64,000 nucleotides of DNA, taken from positions 1 through 64,000 of IMG/VR virus record IMGVR_UViG_3300024259_002152. One strand, given 5' to 3'. The position numbers and the translations under genes were made by a program. Numbering within the stretch: position 1 is the stretch's first letter; each line of letters begins with the position of its first letter. The notes under the pieces were generated by a model. The model searched no databases. It was not told the DNA's origin and saw nothing but the letters and a program-made list of their open reading frames with translations. Below are positions 1-9,752 of this stretch, piece after piece.

Positions 1-1
1 T

Positions 2-388
2 GATCCGTATATTTATAGTGCATGGTTGTGGCTTCATTTGATTGCTGATGACAATGTTTATGCTTATATGAATGATGCATATCGTTTTCCTATGAAAGAT
101 TTATATGTGTTTCGTTGTCCTTTAGGATCTCCTGTGGGGGCAGCTTTTCAAAAAGGGACAGTTTGGCAAAGAGAGTATGAAAAAGGGACTATTTATTTTA
201 ATGTTTCTGATAGAAAATTAGAAGACATCCATTTTGTTGAAAAAACACGAGTGGTGGATATAAAAATGAAAGAGATAAGAGAAAGAGAGGAAGAAGCTCT
301 TAGAAATATGACCGAAGATGAACCTATGGAATTACGTATAGAAAGAGATATGAAGATAGCTTTAATAAAAGAATTAGAGGCAATATAA
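2..388 (+). CDS. 5'-truncated hypothetical protein (C-terminal part)
   Basis: Frame is open from base 2 (DPYIYSAWLWLHLIADDN...), so the TTG at 26 is probably internal. The stop overlaps the next ATG. VWQREYEKGTIYFN loosely resembles C-termini of putative glycoside hydrolases (unverified). Confidence 0.5.
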   Translation, partial: DPYIYSAWLWLHLIADDNVYAYMNDAYRFPMKDLYVFRCPLGSPVGAAFQKGTVWQREYEKGTIYFNVSDRKLEDIHFVEKTRVVDIKMKEIREREEEALRNMTEDEPMELRIERDMKIALIKELEAI

Positions 389-1824
389 TGGCAACATTCA
401 CAGTATCAGTATCAGCTTCACTTATAGATGTTACAGCAGGAACAGGCACATTGGCTCAATTATATGCTGATGTTGAGGCTATTGATGCTACTGCGATGAC
501 AATAAGTGGTGCTGACCCATACACGTATGAGATTGAAGGTAATAGAGAACTTCAGATTGGAACTGGTGTTACTTTAAATATGCAGAATGATAGTGATGTC
601 CTCCAATGGGATTTAAGCGCTGCTAAATATCCTGTTCTTGATATACAAGAAGGCGCTACGTTTAATGTTGGTGATGGAACTACTGGCGGAGATGATCAAC
701 AGATTATAGGAGACATAAACAACGCTTCTTATTGTTATATATATGTTTATGGCTCTTTTAATTGTCAAGGCACAGTTGGACATGAAGTTATTATCAAAAA
801 TTATCGGTCAATGTATTTCTATTCTAGGACGGGGAGCCTTATTGATTGGGATTATGTGAAATTACAAGAGTGTACATATGCCTACGGGTATCATATGTCT
901 TTTGCAGCTATGGATACAACAGGAGATATAGTAGCTAATTTTAACTATGTAACAATAGAAGAAACAGGTGTTACTGAGAATGGTTACGGGATACTTGGAA
1001 CAGGAGGTTTTTTTGGCAACACAGTTTTTAATAATATGGTGATTGATAACACTTTATTATTATCAATTCGTTCATGCACTATGAAATGGGCAAACTGCAC
1101 AATACAAAATATAGCTAGTTCCTATCCAAGAATGATTGATTGTGGTAAACAAAGTGCAGGTTATTTTCAGACAAGTAAAACAGAACCATATAGTGTAGAG
1201 GTAGGACAGAAACAAGGATACTTTGTTATGGATACATGCACGTTTGATAACAATTATGATGATACTGGGAATAATTATGCTTTTTTTGAAGTCGGAGCTG
1301 GTTCAATTGTGTTATTTAAAGATTGTACTTTTCAAAATGCTTATTATGGGTGTAGAGTTAATAATGGTGGGGTAGCCATACATTACAACTCTACGTTTAC
1401 AAGTATTACTGTAGATAAAGTTTGGGCGGCAAATGGCACACATTTACATGCAAGAAAACTTACTTTAACGGTAAATGATTCAGGCGGTTCTCCATTACAG
1501 GACGCTATTGTTAATGTTAGACAAAAAGAAGGGTACGAAAATTGGACATTTATTACTGATGCGTCAGGACAAATTAAAGACATATGGGGTGATGACCCTG
1601 TATTTATTGAGAAAGAAGAAACCTCAACTGGAGTATATGATCAATGGAGTGATGGAACGGGAAATCAAATTCATGAAATAATTATTTCTCATCCAGATTA
1701 CGAAACAGCCAAAAGAGAAGTTGCATTTACGGAAAATCAAACATTAATTGTGCAATTAGCTGATAATCCAGCAGGAGTAACTAAAATTTATGATAGTACT
1801 ATATATGATAGTACTATATATTAA
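388..1824 (+). CDS. Probable virion structural protein with right-handed beta-helix repeats and a C-terminal Ig-like domain
   Basis: 478 aa, T/D/G/N-rich, with repeated motifs such as FVMDTCTFDNN and VLFKDCTFQNAYYG. C-terminal LTLTVNDSGGSPLQDAIVNV...FITDASGQI is a carboxypeptidase-regulatory-like beta sandwich. Confidence 0.5.
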   Translation: MATFTVSVSASLIDVTAGTGTLAQLYADVEAIDATAMTISGADPYTYEIEGNRELQIGTGVTLNMQNDSDVLQWDLSAAKYPVLDIQEGATFNVGDGTTGGDDQQIIGDINNASYCYIYVYGSFNCQGTVGHEVIIKNYRSMYFYSRTGSLIDWDYVKLQECTYAYGYHMSFAAMDTTGDIVANFNYVTIEETGVTENGYGILGTGGFFGNTVFNNMVIDNTLLLSIRSCTMKWANCTIQNIASSYPRMIDCGKQSAGYFQTSKTEPYSVEVGQKQGYFVMDTCTFDNNYDDTGNNYAFFEVGAGSIVLFKDCTFQNAYYGCRVNNGGVAIHYNSTFTSITVDKVWAANGTHLHARKLTLTVNDSGGSPLQDAIVNVRQKEGYENWTFITDASGQIKDIWGDDPVFIEKEETSTGVYDQWSDGTGNQIHEIIISHPDYETAKREVAFTENQTLIVQLADNPAGVTKIYDSTIYDSTIY

Positions 1825-1840
1825 AAAATAGGAGAATAAT

Positions 1841-2143
1841 ATGGCAGATTTAAATTTAGATATCAAAATTCCTAGTTTAAAAACAAATGAATATGTAGGA
1901 GATTATGTATATGTGCATAAAAATATAGAAACAGAGGATGATCCTGCTTGGGTTGATCCAGGAGATGGAACTACTGTGCCTCAAATTGCTAAGTATACAG
2001 ATGCAGAGTGGATGCATGAGCATGTAAGGAGATATGTGGCAGGGCAAGTCGAAAGAGGCAAATCGGCTAAAAATAGAGATAGTTACGTAGCTCCTAAGGT
2101 GGATGATGTAACTTCTGTGGATTATATAGACAGAAAAGAGTAA
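1841..2143 (+). CDS. Hypothetical protein
   Basis: 100-aa ORF with AGGAGA RBS. Confidence 0.6.
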   Translation: MADLNLDIKIPSLKTNEYVGDYVYVHKNIETEDDPAWVDPGDGTTVPQIAKYTDAEWMHEHVRRYVAGQVERGKSAKNRDSYVAPKVDDVTSVDYIDRKE

Positions 2144-2165
2144 AAAATCTTTTTAAAAAAGAAAA

Positions 2166-2197
2166 AAGGATTTTAGAATATTAAGTTATAATATATA
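2166..2197 (+). promoter_or_regulatory. Putative phage late promoter AAGG-N20-AATATATA (representative copy)
   Basis: Intergenic; the same spacing recurs at at least 10 gene starts (see findings). Confidence 0.5.
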
Positions 2198-2247
2198 TTT
2201 AGAGCAATGTATATTTAACATAAGATTTTTTAAAAAAGGAGAGAAAA

Positions 2248-2817
2248 ATGGTTATATATATTAATCATCCTAACAACCCCAATCAGAGAATAGATCCTCC
2301 TGTAGTAGCGATTCGTGGCGATTGGATGGAAGATGCAAACGATTATTACACAGGAGCTGGGACTTATACGCTTGTAACAAGAACCTATAATACTCAGTCT
2401 GAGGCGTTAAGTGGTCTTGATACTCAAACAACAGCTAGGAATGTAACGGCAAGAGAAGTCGATGCTTTTAGAAATAGCGTGACTGTGACTCTTACTCCTG
2501 ATCAGACTAGTGGTTTTGCTACAAGACAGGGGACTTTTGGAGCTGGAGCTTTAGCTTCTGGAGCATTTGTTGGGCAACCAACAGGTGGTATTGCAGGACA
2601 AAACGAACTGGCTTATACATATTATACTCTTAACGGTAAAGATCCAAAACAAACAAAAGCTAATTTGTATCTTGCTCCATTTGTAGTTAGAAGAAATGCA
2701 TCAGGTATAGATAATTATATTTTAAAAACCAGAACATATATTAATGGTATCTCAAGCAAGGTTAGAAAAGTAGAATTTAGAATTGTTAGACGAATACAAG
2801 ATTATCAACAGGTATAA
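2248..2817 (+). CDS. Hypothetical protein with C-terminal Fn3-like (chitobiase/hexosaminidase C-terminal-type) segment
   Basis: AYTYYTLNGKDP...LYLAPFVV...ILKTRTYING matches the YYTxDGxxP pattern; AGGAGA RBS. Confidence 0.5.
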   Translation: MVIYINHPNNPNQRIDPPVVAIRGDWMEDANDYYTGAGTYTLVTRTYNTQSEALSGLDTQTTARNVTAREVDAFRNSVTVTLTPDQTSGFATRQGTFGAGALASGAFVGQPTGGIAGQNELAYTYYTLNGKDPKQTKANLYLAPFVVRRNASGIDNYILKTRTYINGISSKVRKVEFRIVRRIQDYQQV

Positions 2818-2840
2818 ATATTTTTGGAAAGGAAATGATT

Positions 2841-2975
2841 ATGGAGATTATAACTTTAATCATAGGTATAGTTATTGGTGCTGCATTCTCTCCTTTTTGG
2901 ATTAAATTGTATCAAATAGGATGGAATAAAATTTCTGCTTTAATAGAGAGGTTGAAAAGTAAATCGGAGAAGTAA
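2841..2975 (+). CDS. Small membrane protein (44 aa, not in ORF track)
   Basis: MEIITLIIGIVIGAAFSPFWIKLYQIGWNKISALIERLKSKSEK; hydrophobic N-terminus; GAAAGGA upstream. Confidence 0.55.
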   Translation: MEIITLIIGIVIGAAFSPFWIKLYQIGWNKISALIERLKSKSEK

Positions 2976-2979
2976 TACT

Positions 2980-3183
2980 ATGAAGATTATCAAAACAGCA
3001 TTGTATCAAAAACTCTCCAAAAAGAAAAAAAAATGGGACCCAAATCCGTGGGCCGTATGTCATACAACTGTTGATAAAGATGAAGACCCAGAGAAGTATG
3101 AAAGATGCGTCATGGACGTAAAGACAAAGCAGTGTAAAGATCTTGAGAATGGTTTGAAAAAGGAATTGAAAAAGAAAAAATAA
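2980..3183 (+). CDS. Small basic protein
   Basis: 67 aa, Lys-rich, MKIIKTA start; followed by a terminator. Confidence 0.6.
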   Translation: MKIIKTALYQKLSKKKKKWDPNPWAVCHTTVDKDEDPEKYERCVMDVKTKQCKDLENGLKKELKKKK

Positions 3184-3204
3184 TCATATTGATATCATAA
3201 TTTC

Positions 3205-3240
3205 AAAAATCCATACTTCACAGGAGTGTGGATTTTTTTT
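3205..3240 (+). terminator. Intrinsic terminator
   Basis: aaaaatccatacttc-aca-ggagtgtggattttt stem followed by a T run. Confidence 0.7.
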
Positions 3241-3288
3241 ATGTAAAATCCGATAAAATAATAGTTTCTAATATATCGGAGAAATAAA

Positions 3289-3936
3289 ATGAAGATATTA
3301 TTCCTAAATGTTAATAGTCGTATGATCGAATTGTATGGGGAAGAAGGGGTAGTTAAAATTCCTTTCGAAAATGCGGGACAGTTGTATACCTATGTAGAAG
3401 ATGACAATATTTTATATATAACAAATGCTGTTCAAACTAATGCTCAGGAAGTTATTAGTATGATTAAGGGTATGGGAGTAATGATACAAGAAGATATACC
3501 TGTAGACACAGGGGTAAAATATCTACATTCTCCTGCAAAAGGGACTATCTATATTAATGAATTTTTGAAATTTGAGGGAGAATTTGATACTAAGCTTATT
3601 GATGAAAGTATGACTACAACTATTCAAACTAATGAATTATTGAGACAACTTATTAAAACGAAGAAAATAGAGATTATAGGCGAAATGAAGAGAAGAAAAT
3701 TAATGTTGAAATATAAAGATAGTCAAGCTGAGAAATTAATAAAACAAGAAGAAATAGACGCTAGTTTAGATAGCATTATTGTAAAAACAAGTGTTGAAAA
3801 TATGATAGATGGAGGTATCACTAGTAACGATCATCCTTCTGCCGAAATAATAGATCTGGAGTCTATGGGTTCTGCCGTAGAAGGAGGAAGAATTAATACT
3901 ATGAGCGAATTAATGAGCGAGATAGAGGGGCTATAA
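3289..3936 (+). CDS. Hypothetical protein
   Basis: 215-aa ORF with GGAGA RBS. Confidence 0.6.
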   Translation: MKILFLNVNSRMIELYGEEGVVKIPFENAGQLYTYVEDDNILYITNAVQTNAQEVISMIKGMGVMIQEDIPVDTGVKYLHSPAKGTIYINEFLKFEGEFDTKLIDESMTTTIQTNELLRQLIKTKKIEIIGEMKRRKLMLKYKDSQAEKLIKQEEIDASLDSIIVKTSVENMIDGGITSNDHPSAEIIDLESMGSAVEGGRINTMSELMSEIEGL

Positions 3937-3945
3937 GGGCTATAT

Positions 3946-4674
3946 ATGGAAATAGTTATAACACACCTAGGAAATGCATCACAGTTAATTCCCTCCACAA
4001 GCGTTGTAAATGGTATTAAAAAACAAAATGTTAATACTAATCTTACATGGGTGGTGGAAGATGAAAGTCTTTGCTATATAAATAAATATAATAAATCTGT
4101 TTCAAAAACTATTCCTTTGAATAAGTTTGTAGCAGATAAGAAACACTATCATCTTCTGATTAATTTATATCCTTATTTCCCAGAAAATCTTAAAACAAAT
4201 TCTGTTATAAAACATTTTACAGGTTTTTGTTTTCATCCTGATTTTGACCAATTCAAAAAAATCTTTTCAGAAAATGAAGAATCTTTTAATATGAATATTT
4301 TTCAGTTATATTTTTTGTTAAGCGGGTTAACGTGGAAAGGAGAAGGATATGACCTAGGATATTATCCAAAAACAAGAACTAAATCTAATAAAATAGGAGT
4401 ATCAGTAGCTAATGCTAATATTAGAAATTATGTTTTAGATAATTTAGAAATAGATAATAAGAGGATATGGTATATTCCTTATAAAAAGAATATTTTTCGG
4501 AAAATGGACGAAATTAATAAATGTAAAAAAATTATAACAGATGATCTAATCACATTTCATCTAGCTATGTTTCTTAGAAAATATGTCTATTATCTAGAAA
4601 CCTTTCCATTAGCTACTAAATTAGAAATGTTTGATAATGGAGAAATATATAAAGTCCCAATGAATATTATTTAG
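3946..4674 (+). CDS. Divergent GT-B glycosyltransferase-like protein (GT9/heptosyltransferase-like N-terminus)
   Basis: IVITHLGNASQLIPSTSVVNGIK...LTWVV resembles the GT9 start (IRLSALGD...ITW); KCKKIITDD resembles the C-terminal domain. Confidence 0.4.
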   Translation: MEIVITHLGNASQLIPSTSVVNGIKKQNVNTNLTWVVEDESLCYINKYNKSVSKTIPLNKFVADKKHYHLLINLYPYFPENLKTNSVIKHFTGFCFHPDFDQFKKIFSENEESFNMNIFQLYFLLSGLTWKGEGYDLGYYPKTRTKSNKIGVSVANANIRNYVLDNLEIDNKRIWYIPYKKNIFRKMDEINKCKKIITDDLITFHLAMFLRKYVYYLETFPLATKLEMFDNGEIYKVPMNII

Positions 4675-4683
4675 AGAGTATAT

Positions 4684-5493
4684 ATGACTACAAATACATT
4701 AGCTAATCAGTTTTTAATCGATAAGAAAAAAACAACCATCCTTGATAAAACACCATCCACTATAGTCTATTCTCCTTCTGCTTATGGAGTAGATAATAAA
4801 TGTACTGGAAAGGGAGTCAAAATAGCAATTTTAGACTCAGGATGCACAAACCATAAGGATATAAAAGTCGAAGGAGATAAAATAAGCTTCTGCGAAGATA
4901 ATGTTGTTGTTGATGATAATAATGGCCACTCAACAATGATATCAGGAATTATTAAATCAAATAGTAGAAAATCTATTATAGGACTTGCTCCACATTCTAA
5001 ATTATTATTCGGAAAAGTAGTAAGCCATAAAGGAGCATGTAGTTTTAACTCATTAGTAGCAGGAGTCTTATGGTCAATTGTCAAAGAAGTAGATATTATT
5101 GTTATCGCCATGGGAACTCAATATAACTATAGAGTTCTTTGCGATTCAATTAAAAAAGCTAAAGATCATAATATCTGTATTTTTGCTGCCTCTGGAGATG
5201 GAGATGAAATAGATTTTCCAGCAAGATATGATGAAGTGATATCAGCAGGATTCTTAACTAGATCTAAAAAAAGAAATAACTTTATTAAGGAAAATATTGA
5301 TTTTTATCTGCCTAATAAAGGACTTTATACCACCCATCTAGATAATAAATATGTGAAAGTGTCAGGGTCATCAGTTTCTACAGCATTTTTTGCAGGATTA
5401 GGAGCAGTTTTAATCGAACAATATAAGAAGGAGAATAAGAAGAATATACCGAAACTAGTTTATTCTCAGTTAGATAAAATATTTAATAAATAG
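4684..5493 (+). CDS. Subtilisin-like S8 serine protease
   Basis: Catalytic triad motifs in order: IAILDSG (D), NGHSTMISG (H), VSGSSVS (S). FAASGD occupies the oxyanion position. Confidence 0.85.
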   Translation: MTTNTLANQFLIDKKKTTILDKTPSTIVYSPSAYGVDNKCTGKGVKIAILDSGCTNHKDIKVEGDKISFCEDNVVVDDNNGHSTMISGIIKSNSRKSIIGLAPHSKLLFGKVVSHKGACSFNSLVAGVLWSIVKEVDIIVIAMGTQYNYRVLCDSIKKAKDHNICIFAASGDGDEIDFPARYDEVISAGFLTRSKKRNNFIKENIDFYLPNKGLYTTHLDNKYVKVSGSSVSTAFFAGLGAVLIEQYKKENKKNIPKLVYSQLDKIFNK

Positions 5494-5501
5494 GAGAGTA
5501 A

Positions 5502-6008
5502 ATGGCAAAAGAAGAAAATAAATTTTCTTTGGAATTGTGTAAAATAAAACATGATCATATAGATAAAGATGTAGATGAAATTAAAAGGGATACCAAAACA
5601 TTACAAGAAACTAATCAAACACATAATGAAACAATAACAAAATTAATACAGACCCTGACTGATGAAATTAGATCGAGCCATAAAAATTTGAAAGATAAAA
5701 TCATTTTATCCGAAAAAACGACAGGAGATAAAATAGATGCTTTAAATGATTTCGATCAAAGCCTAAAAGGAAATGGAGACCCTGGAATATGGGAATGCGT
5801 TAGAAATATTAAAAGAAGTCTTAAAATCATCATGGTTGTAATCTTTGTTACTCTTTTACTTGTTCTTGGAGGAAATTATAGAGGAGTTACTCTTAATAAA
5901 ATAAGAGAAGCAATAGGAATGGAGAAAAAAGAAATCCAAAAAGTAGAACCTGCCCATATCTACCCAGAAGAGAAAGATAAAATACTACTCATGCCTCCTA
6001 AAAAATAA
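5502..6008 (+). CDS. Coiled-coil protein with a single transmembrane helix
   Basis: Heptad-like N-terminal half; hydrophobic IIMVVIFVTLLLVLGG. Confidence 0.55.
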   Translation: MAKEENKFSLELCKIKHDHIDKDVDEIKRDTKTLQETNQTHNETITKLIQTLTDEIRSSHKNLKDKIILSEKTTGDKIDALNDFDQSLKGNGDPGIWECVRNIKRSLKIIMVVIFVTLLLVLGGNYRGVTLNKIREAIGMEKKEIQKVEPAHIYPEEKDKILLMPPKK

Positions 6009-6090
6009 ACTGATGCTTAATAAAGGAATTTTATAATAAAACTCTAATATATAAGAGTATAACTACCATATATTAAAAAGAGAAAATAAA

Positions 6091-7107
6091 ATGAGCGAAA
6101 TAAGGTCAGTAGCTAGCTATAGGGGAAGCTTTAAACAAGGAAGCATTGCAGATCTCCTAATTAAAATCACAGATTTTGATGGAACTCCTATAAATCCTAG
6201 CACAATACAATGCACTATTGTAGGACCAACAGAAGCACCTAGCACCGATGATGAAACTATTGTAGATGCAAGTAATCCATTCCTAATCTCAGATGGATAT
6301 TATGTCTATTCGTGGGATATCGATAGCGATCAAGCTCTGGGAAACTATAGCGTAACGTGGGAATATATAGTAGATGCTGAAACTAAATATGAATACCAAA
6401 CCGTTACAGTAGTCGAAAGTCAAACTAATGCCGCTCCATCTTCTTCCTATACCGAAAGATTAATAGCTTTTAGAGAAGCTCTTACTCACCATATCTCTTG
6501 CGCTCAAGCTATCCCTGTCTATTTTGAACAAGCTAAACCGTCTAGAGATAATACAACATTCAAATTTTCATTCGAAAACTGGAACCAATCGTCAGGAGTT
6601 AAAATATATAGAAATGAAACAGTAATTAATGCAGATGCTGAAGTAAATTACTTTACAGGAAGCGTTACATTCGATACTCAATTGCTCCCACAAGAAACCG
6701 TTAATGCTGATTATAACTTTCAATGGTTCTCAGAAGAAGAACTCGATAGGTTCCTTGTTAATGCTCTACAAACTGTTAATACATTTCCTCCTCACTCTGG
6801 CTATACTCTCGATGATGTACCTAATCGATATATCCCTGCTGTGCTCTATGGAGCAGCTAAAGATGCTCTGAGAAATCTTATGATGTGCCTAAACTTCCAA
6901 CAACCTGCTCAGGTCTTTGGTGGTACGGAACATGCTGAAAAAGCTTTTGCTAATTTCGAAACTCTGAAAAAGAACTATGAAAGCGATTGGGAAAAATTGC
7001 TCGAACAAAAGAAATTCGGCCCGTGGCCACGTACGAGGATGGTGGTCACTCCAGAATTTACACTCCCAGGTGGGAGAAGCCGTTGGTTTCGTATGCTCTT
7101 TAAATGA
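6091..7107 (+). CDS. Probable virion neck/head-tail adaptor-like protein with N-terminal Ig-like domain
   Basis: N-terminal LLIKITDFDGTPINP...YVYSWDI...YSVTWEY beta sandwich; helical C-terminal part (FSEEELDRFL...VLYGAAKDAL) resembles connector proteins; late-type promoter upstream. Confidence 0.45.
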   Translation: MSEIRSVASYRGSFKQGSIADLLIKITDFDGTPINPSTIQCTIVGPTEAPSTDDETIVDASNPFLISDGYYVYSWDIDSDQALGNYSVTWEYIVDAETKYEYQTVTVVESQTNAAPSSSYTERLIAFREALTHHISCAQAIPVYFEQAKPSRDNTTFKFSFENWNQSSGVKIYRNETVINADAEVNYFTGSVTFDTQLLPQETVNADYNFQWFSEEELDRFLVNALQTVNTFPPHSGYTLDDVPNRYIPAVLYGAAKDALRNLMMCLNFQQPAQVFGGTEHAEKAFANFETLKKNYESDWEKLLEQKKFGPWPRTRMVVTPEFTLPGGRSRWFRMLFK

Positions 7108-7132
7108 TAAATCCTTACTATGTAAGGACTTA
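7108..7132. promoter_or_regulatory. 25-bp palindromic operator-like site
   Basis: taaatccttac-tat-gtaaggactta with one arm mismatch; degenerate copies at 10514, 11072 and 18066. Confidence 0.45.
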
Positions 7133-7150
7133 CAACGATTTTGTATTTTT

Positions 7151-7190
7151 AAAAACACCACACTTTCACTTTTGTGTGGTGTTTTTTTGT
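7151..7190 (+). terminator. Intrinsic terminator (possibly bidirectional)
   Basis: Perfect 13-bp inverted repeat aaaaacaccacac/gtgtggtgttttt with a T tail. Confidence 0.8.
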
Positions 7191-7340
7191 GTCTAAAAAT
7201 AAGGACTTACATCAATTTTCTCGTTGTTTTTCAGGAATATATAATTTTTATTAAAGTAATGCTTGCTTTTTTGTCGAATAGTATATATAAGTGAAAGTAA
7301 TCCATGTATAATATGGGTTAATTATTAAGGAGTATATGTT

Positions 7341-8447
7341 ATGCCAGCAAAAGGTCAGATATTATCAGTAGAAGCAATTGAGAAGATGAAACAATCGAAA
7401 TTATCGAGGCTTTTATCTAAATATAATTGGGTATTAGCAGAGCCATATCTTGATGTAGAGATTAAGAATGGTTGTGGCAAACGGGTAAATGAGTATATTG
7501 TTTTTAGAAAGTTTAAAGAGCACATATTATCTGGACTATCTATTAACGATATGGTTTCTATGGGGATTTCTAGGAAGGTGTTGCAGTTTTTTAGTAATTT
7601 TTGTCAAGGAAAGATAGGTTTAACTAAAGAGCAATTTGAATATAATTATCATCAAGGTTTGTCTCTAGAGGAGATATGTTATGAGTATTCTGTTACAAGA
7701 GAAGATCTTACATATTTACGTCAGTTGTATGGTATTAAACGCAAAGGAGCCACTTTTATTAACAGGAAGAATACGGAGATTTCATTAACTCAAAGGCAAA
7801 AAGATATTTTATATGGTAGTATGATGGGAGACGCGAAAAGGCAAAGTAATAGGTGGAATTCGATCGCAGGTTTTGGTCAGAGTGGAAGACAAAAGGATTA
7901 TTTGCTTTGGAAGTTCGAAGAGTTCAAAAGCATTGTTAATGAAAAAACTCTGAAATTTCGTCCATCCGTTGATGATAGGGAAGAATATAAGAATAGCTCG
8001 GGGACTTGGAGTTTTTATACTAAAGCCAATAGTGATATAGAAGAATGTATGAATAAATTTTACAAAGAAGATGGGAAACAAATTGATAGGGATATATTGA
8101 ATAATCTTTCAGAGTTGTCGTTGGCAGTATGGTTTATGGATGACGGGACGACTGATTACTCTCATAATAAGATGATAAAAACAGGGCACAATATAATTCC
8201 ATCAGCTTCTTTTTGCACTGACTCATTCTCCAAACAATCTTGTGACAATATAGTGGAGTGGTTTAAAGAAAGATGGAATATTGATGCTCATTTAAGGAAA
8301 AGACAAAGAAGGAAAGACGGAGGGATGTCTTATCGAGTTATTATCGACTCTACTTCTGTCGATGATTTCCTTTCCCTCGTTCGTCCTCACATAATCCCCT
8401 CTATGCTCTACAAAGTCGATTATGATGAGTATAAGAAGAAAAAATAA
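7341..8447 (+). mobile_element. Free-standing double-motif LAGLIDADG homing endonuclease gene
   Basis: Motifs QKDILYGSMMGDA and LSLAVWFMDDG; FCTDSFS...WFKERWNI is typical of the LAGLIDADG_2 type; N-terminal NUMOD3-like and HTH-like segments. Confidence 0.85.
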
Positions 8448-8521
8448 ATAATTTTCCCTTATAAATATGATAGGGAATGTGTCGATATATTAATATAACA
8501 AATTTTTAATAGGAGAAAAGT

Positions 8522-8833
8522 ATGAGCAAAGATATTAAATACAGTTTAAAAGAAGCAAAAGATGAAAATGGAGATAGTTGTTTTGAAGTATTCTTTACAC
8601 CTGATCCTGATGACAGATGGGTAGATACGTTTAAGAGTTCTGTTAAAGAGCATAACAAAAGTGATAGGATAGGTTTTGATTGGAAGCATTTGTATATAAA
8701 AGAGAAAGAGGGTAGATTTATTATTCAGGGAGAAGAGAAACAAGCTAATGAGAGCATGACTGGTAGTTTTTATCAATATCAGGAAGAGGCTATGCATCGA
8801 GTGGTTTCAAGAACAAATGTTAAAAGGGCATAA
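8522..8833 (+). CDS. Hypothetical protein
   Basis: 103 aa with AGGAGA RBS. Confidence 0.6.
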   Translation: MSKDIKYSLKEAKDENGDSCFEVFFTPDPDDRWVDTFKSSVKEHNKSDRIGFDWKHLYIKEKEGRFIIQGEEKQANESMTGSFYQYQEEAMHRVVSRTNVKRA

Positions 8834-8887
8834 GAAATTTTATAAAATAAAGATTAACTTTTCTTTTATTTTTATTTAGGAGAAACC

Positions 8888-9049
8888 ATGTGTAAAGATA
8901 ATGAATGGACAGAATATAATGATGGTAGTGGTATACGTTTTCGTCGAGCAGCAGTGCCTAAGGATATAATACTAGCCTGTCAGGCATATATGAAAAAGTT
9001 ATCTGAGCAGCAAGAAGAAGTAAAGAAAAGAGAGAAAAATAGCAAGTAG
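8888..9049 (+). CDS. Small hypothetical protein (53 aa, not in track)
   Basis: MCKDNEWTEYNDGSGIRFRR...; AGGAGA RBS. Confidence 0.5.
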   Translation: MCKDNEWTEYNDGSGIRFRRAAVPKDIILACQAYMKKLSEQQEEVKKREKNSK

Positions 9050-9070
9050 AGGAGAGGCATTCTCTCCCCT

Positions 9071-9088
9071 CCTATCGATATCGACCCC
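9071..9088. repeat. Direct repeat copy 1, cctatcgatatcgacccc
   Basis: Exact 18-bp match to 10481-10498; contains the perfect palindrome TCGATATCGA. Confidence 0.85.
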
Positions 9089-9323
9089 TAGTCCTTATCT
9101 CCTTATTCTTATTTGAGAAGAGAAAGATAAGTTGTAATTATTTTTCTTCTAAAAAATTTGGATGGATAAATTGTTCATTATTTTCTGTAAGCACTTCAAT
9201 AAGGATTTTAGGATTAATATCTCCAATATTTTTATTTCTTTTTTCTATTGACCACTCTCTTACCTCGTCTATATCATTATATTTATATTTTTCTTTTTTA
9301 CAAATGTTCTAAATGGCATTATA

Positions 9324-9752
9324 TTAACTCCTACTTAATTCTACTATTAAGGTTTCTAATGCCATCGGTCCAAATCTGCCTTTTAGCATTAAATGTTCTT
9401 TATTATTATTTTTTAATATTTTACATAGGTTTTTAATAGATAGTTTTCCCATTTCATCATTCCATATCAATACTTTAAAGTTTTTATCATCATTAAAAGT
9501 ATCTCCCGTCCACAGTATAATTTTATACTGTCGGCAGAAGTATGCTGATGCTATATAATAATCTTTTGTATCTTTTCCAAGTTCTTTTTCTATAATATCT
9601 TTGCATTTTTTTATAGATTTTTGTTCAAATAGTTTTAGATATGTATTGCTATATTTTCCCCATTTTTGTTGTTTGCAATATTCTTTACAATCTTCATAAT
9701 ATTCTTTTTTAAATTTTAAAAAATCATTTAATTTATTAAGTAATATTTTGAT
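9324..9752 (-). CDS. 142-codon open frame with no canonical start (ATC after GAGGTG); gene or pseudogene
   Basis: Manually translated IKILLNKLNDFLKFKKEYYED...LWTGDTFNDDKNF...ELSRS*; an in-frame TAA lies immediately before the ATC. Confidence 0.4.
   Translation of the reverse strand: MKILLNKLNDFLKFKKEYYEDCKEYCKQQKWGKYSNTYLKLFEQKSIKKCKDIIEKELGKDTKDYYIASAYFCRQYKIILWTGDTFNDDKNFKVLIWNDEMGKLSIKNLCKILKNNNKEHLMLKGRFGPMALETLIVELSRS

Noticed and set aside
1787-1821. Tandem 15-bp duplication encoding IYDST twice
   Set aside because: A local C-terminal duplication with no evidence of a separate function.
8462-8488. Sigma28-like promoter TAAA-N15-GTCGATAT
   Set aside because: Only one well-spaced instance; other CGATA sites (7274, 23295, 36521) lack the spacing, so chance in AT-rich DNA cannot be excluded.
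7107-8521. Group I intron or intein around the LAGLIDADG ORF
   Set aside because: The upstream gene ends with a stop and terminator, no resumed exon was found downstream, and there are no intein C/S...HN ends or recognisable P7 core.
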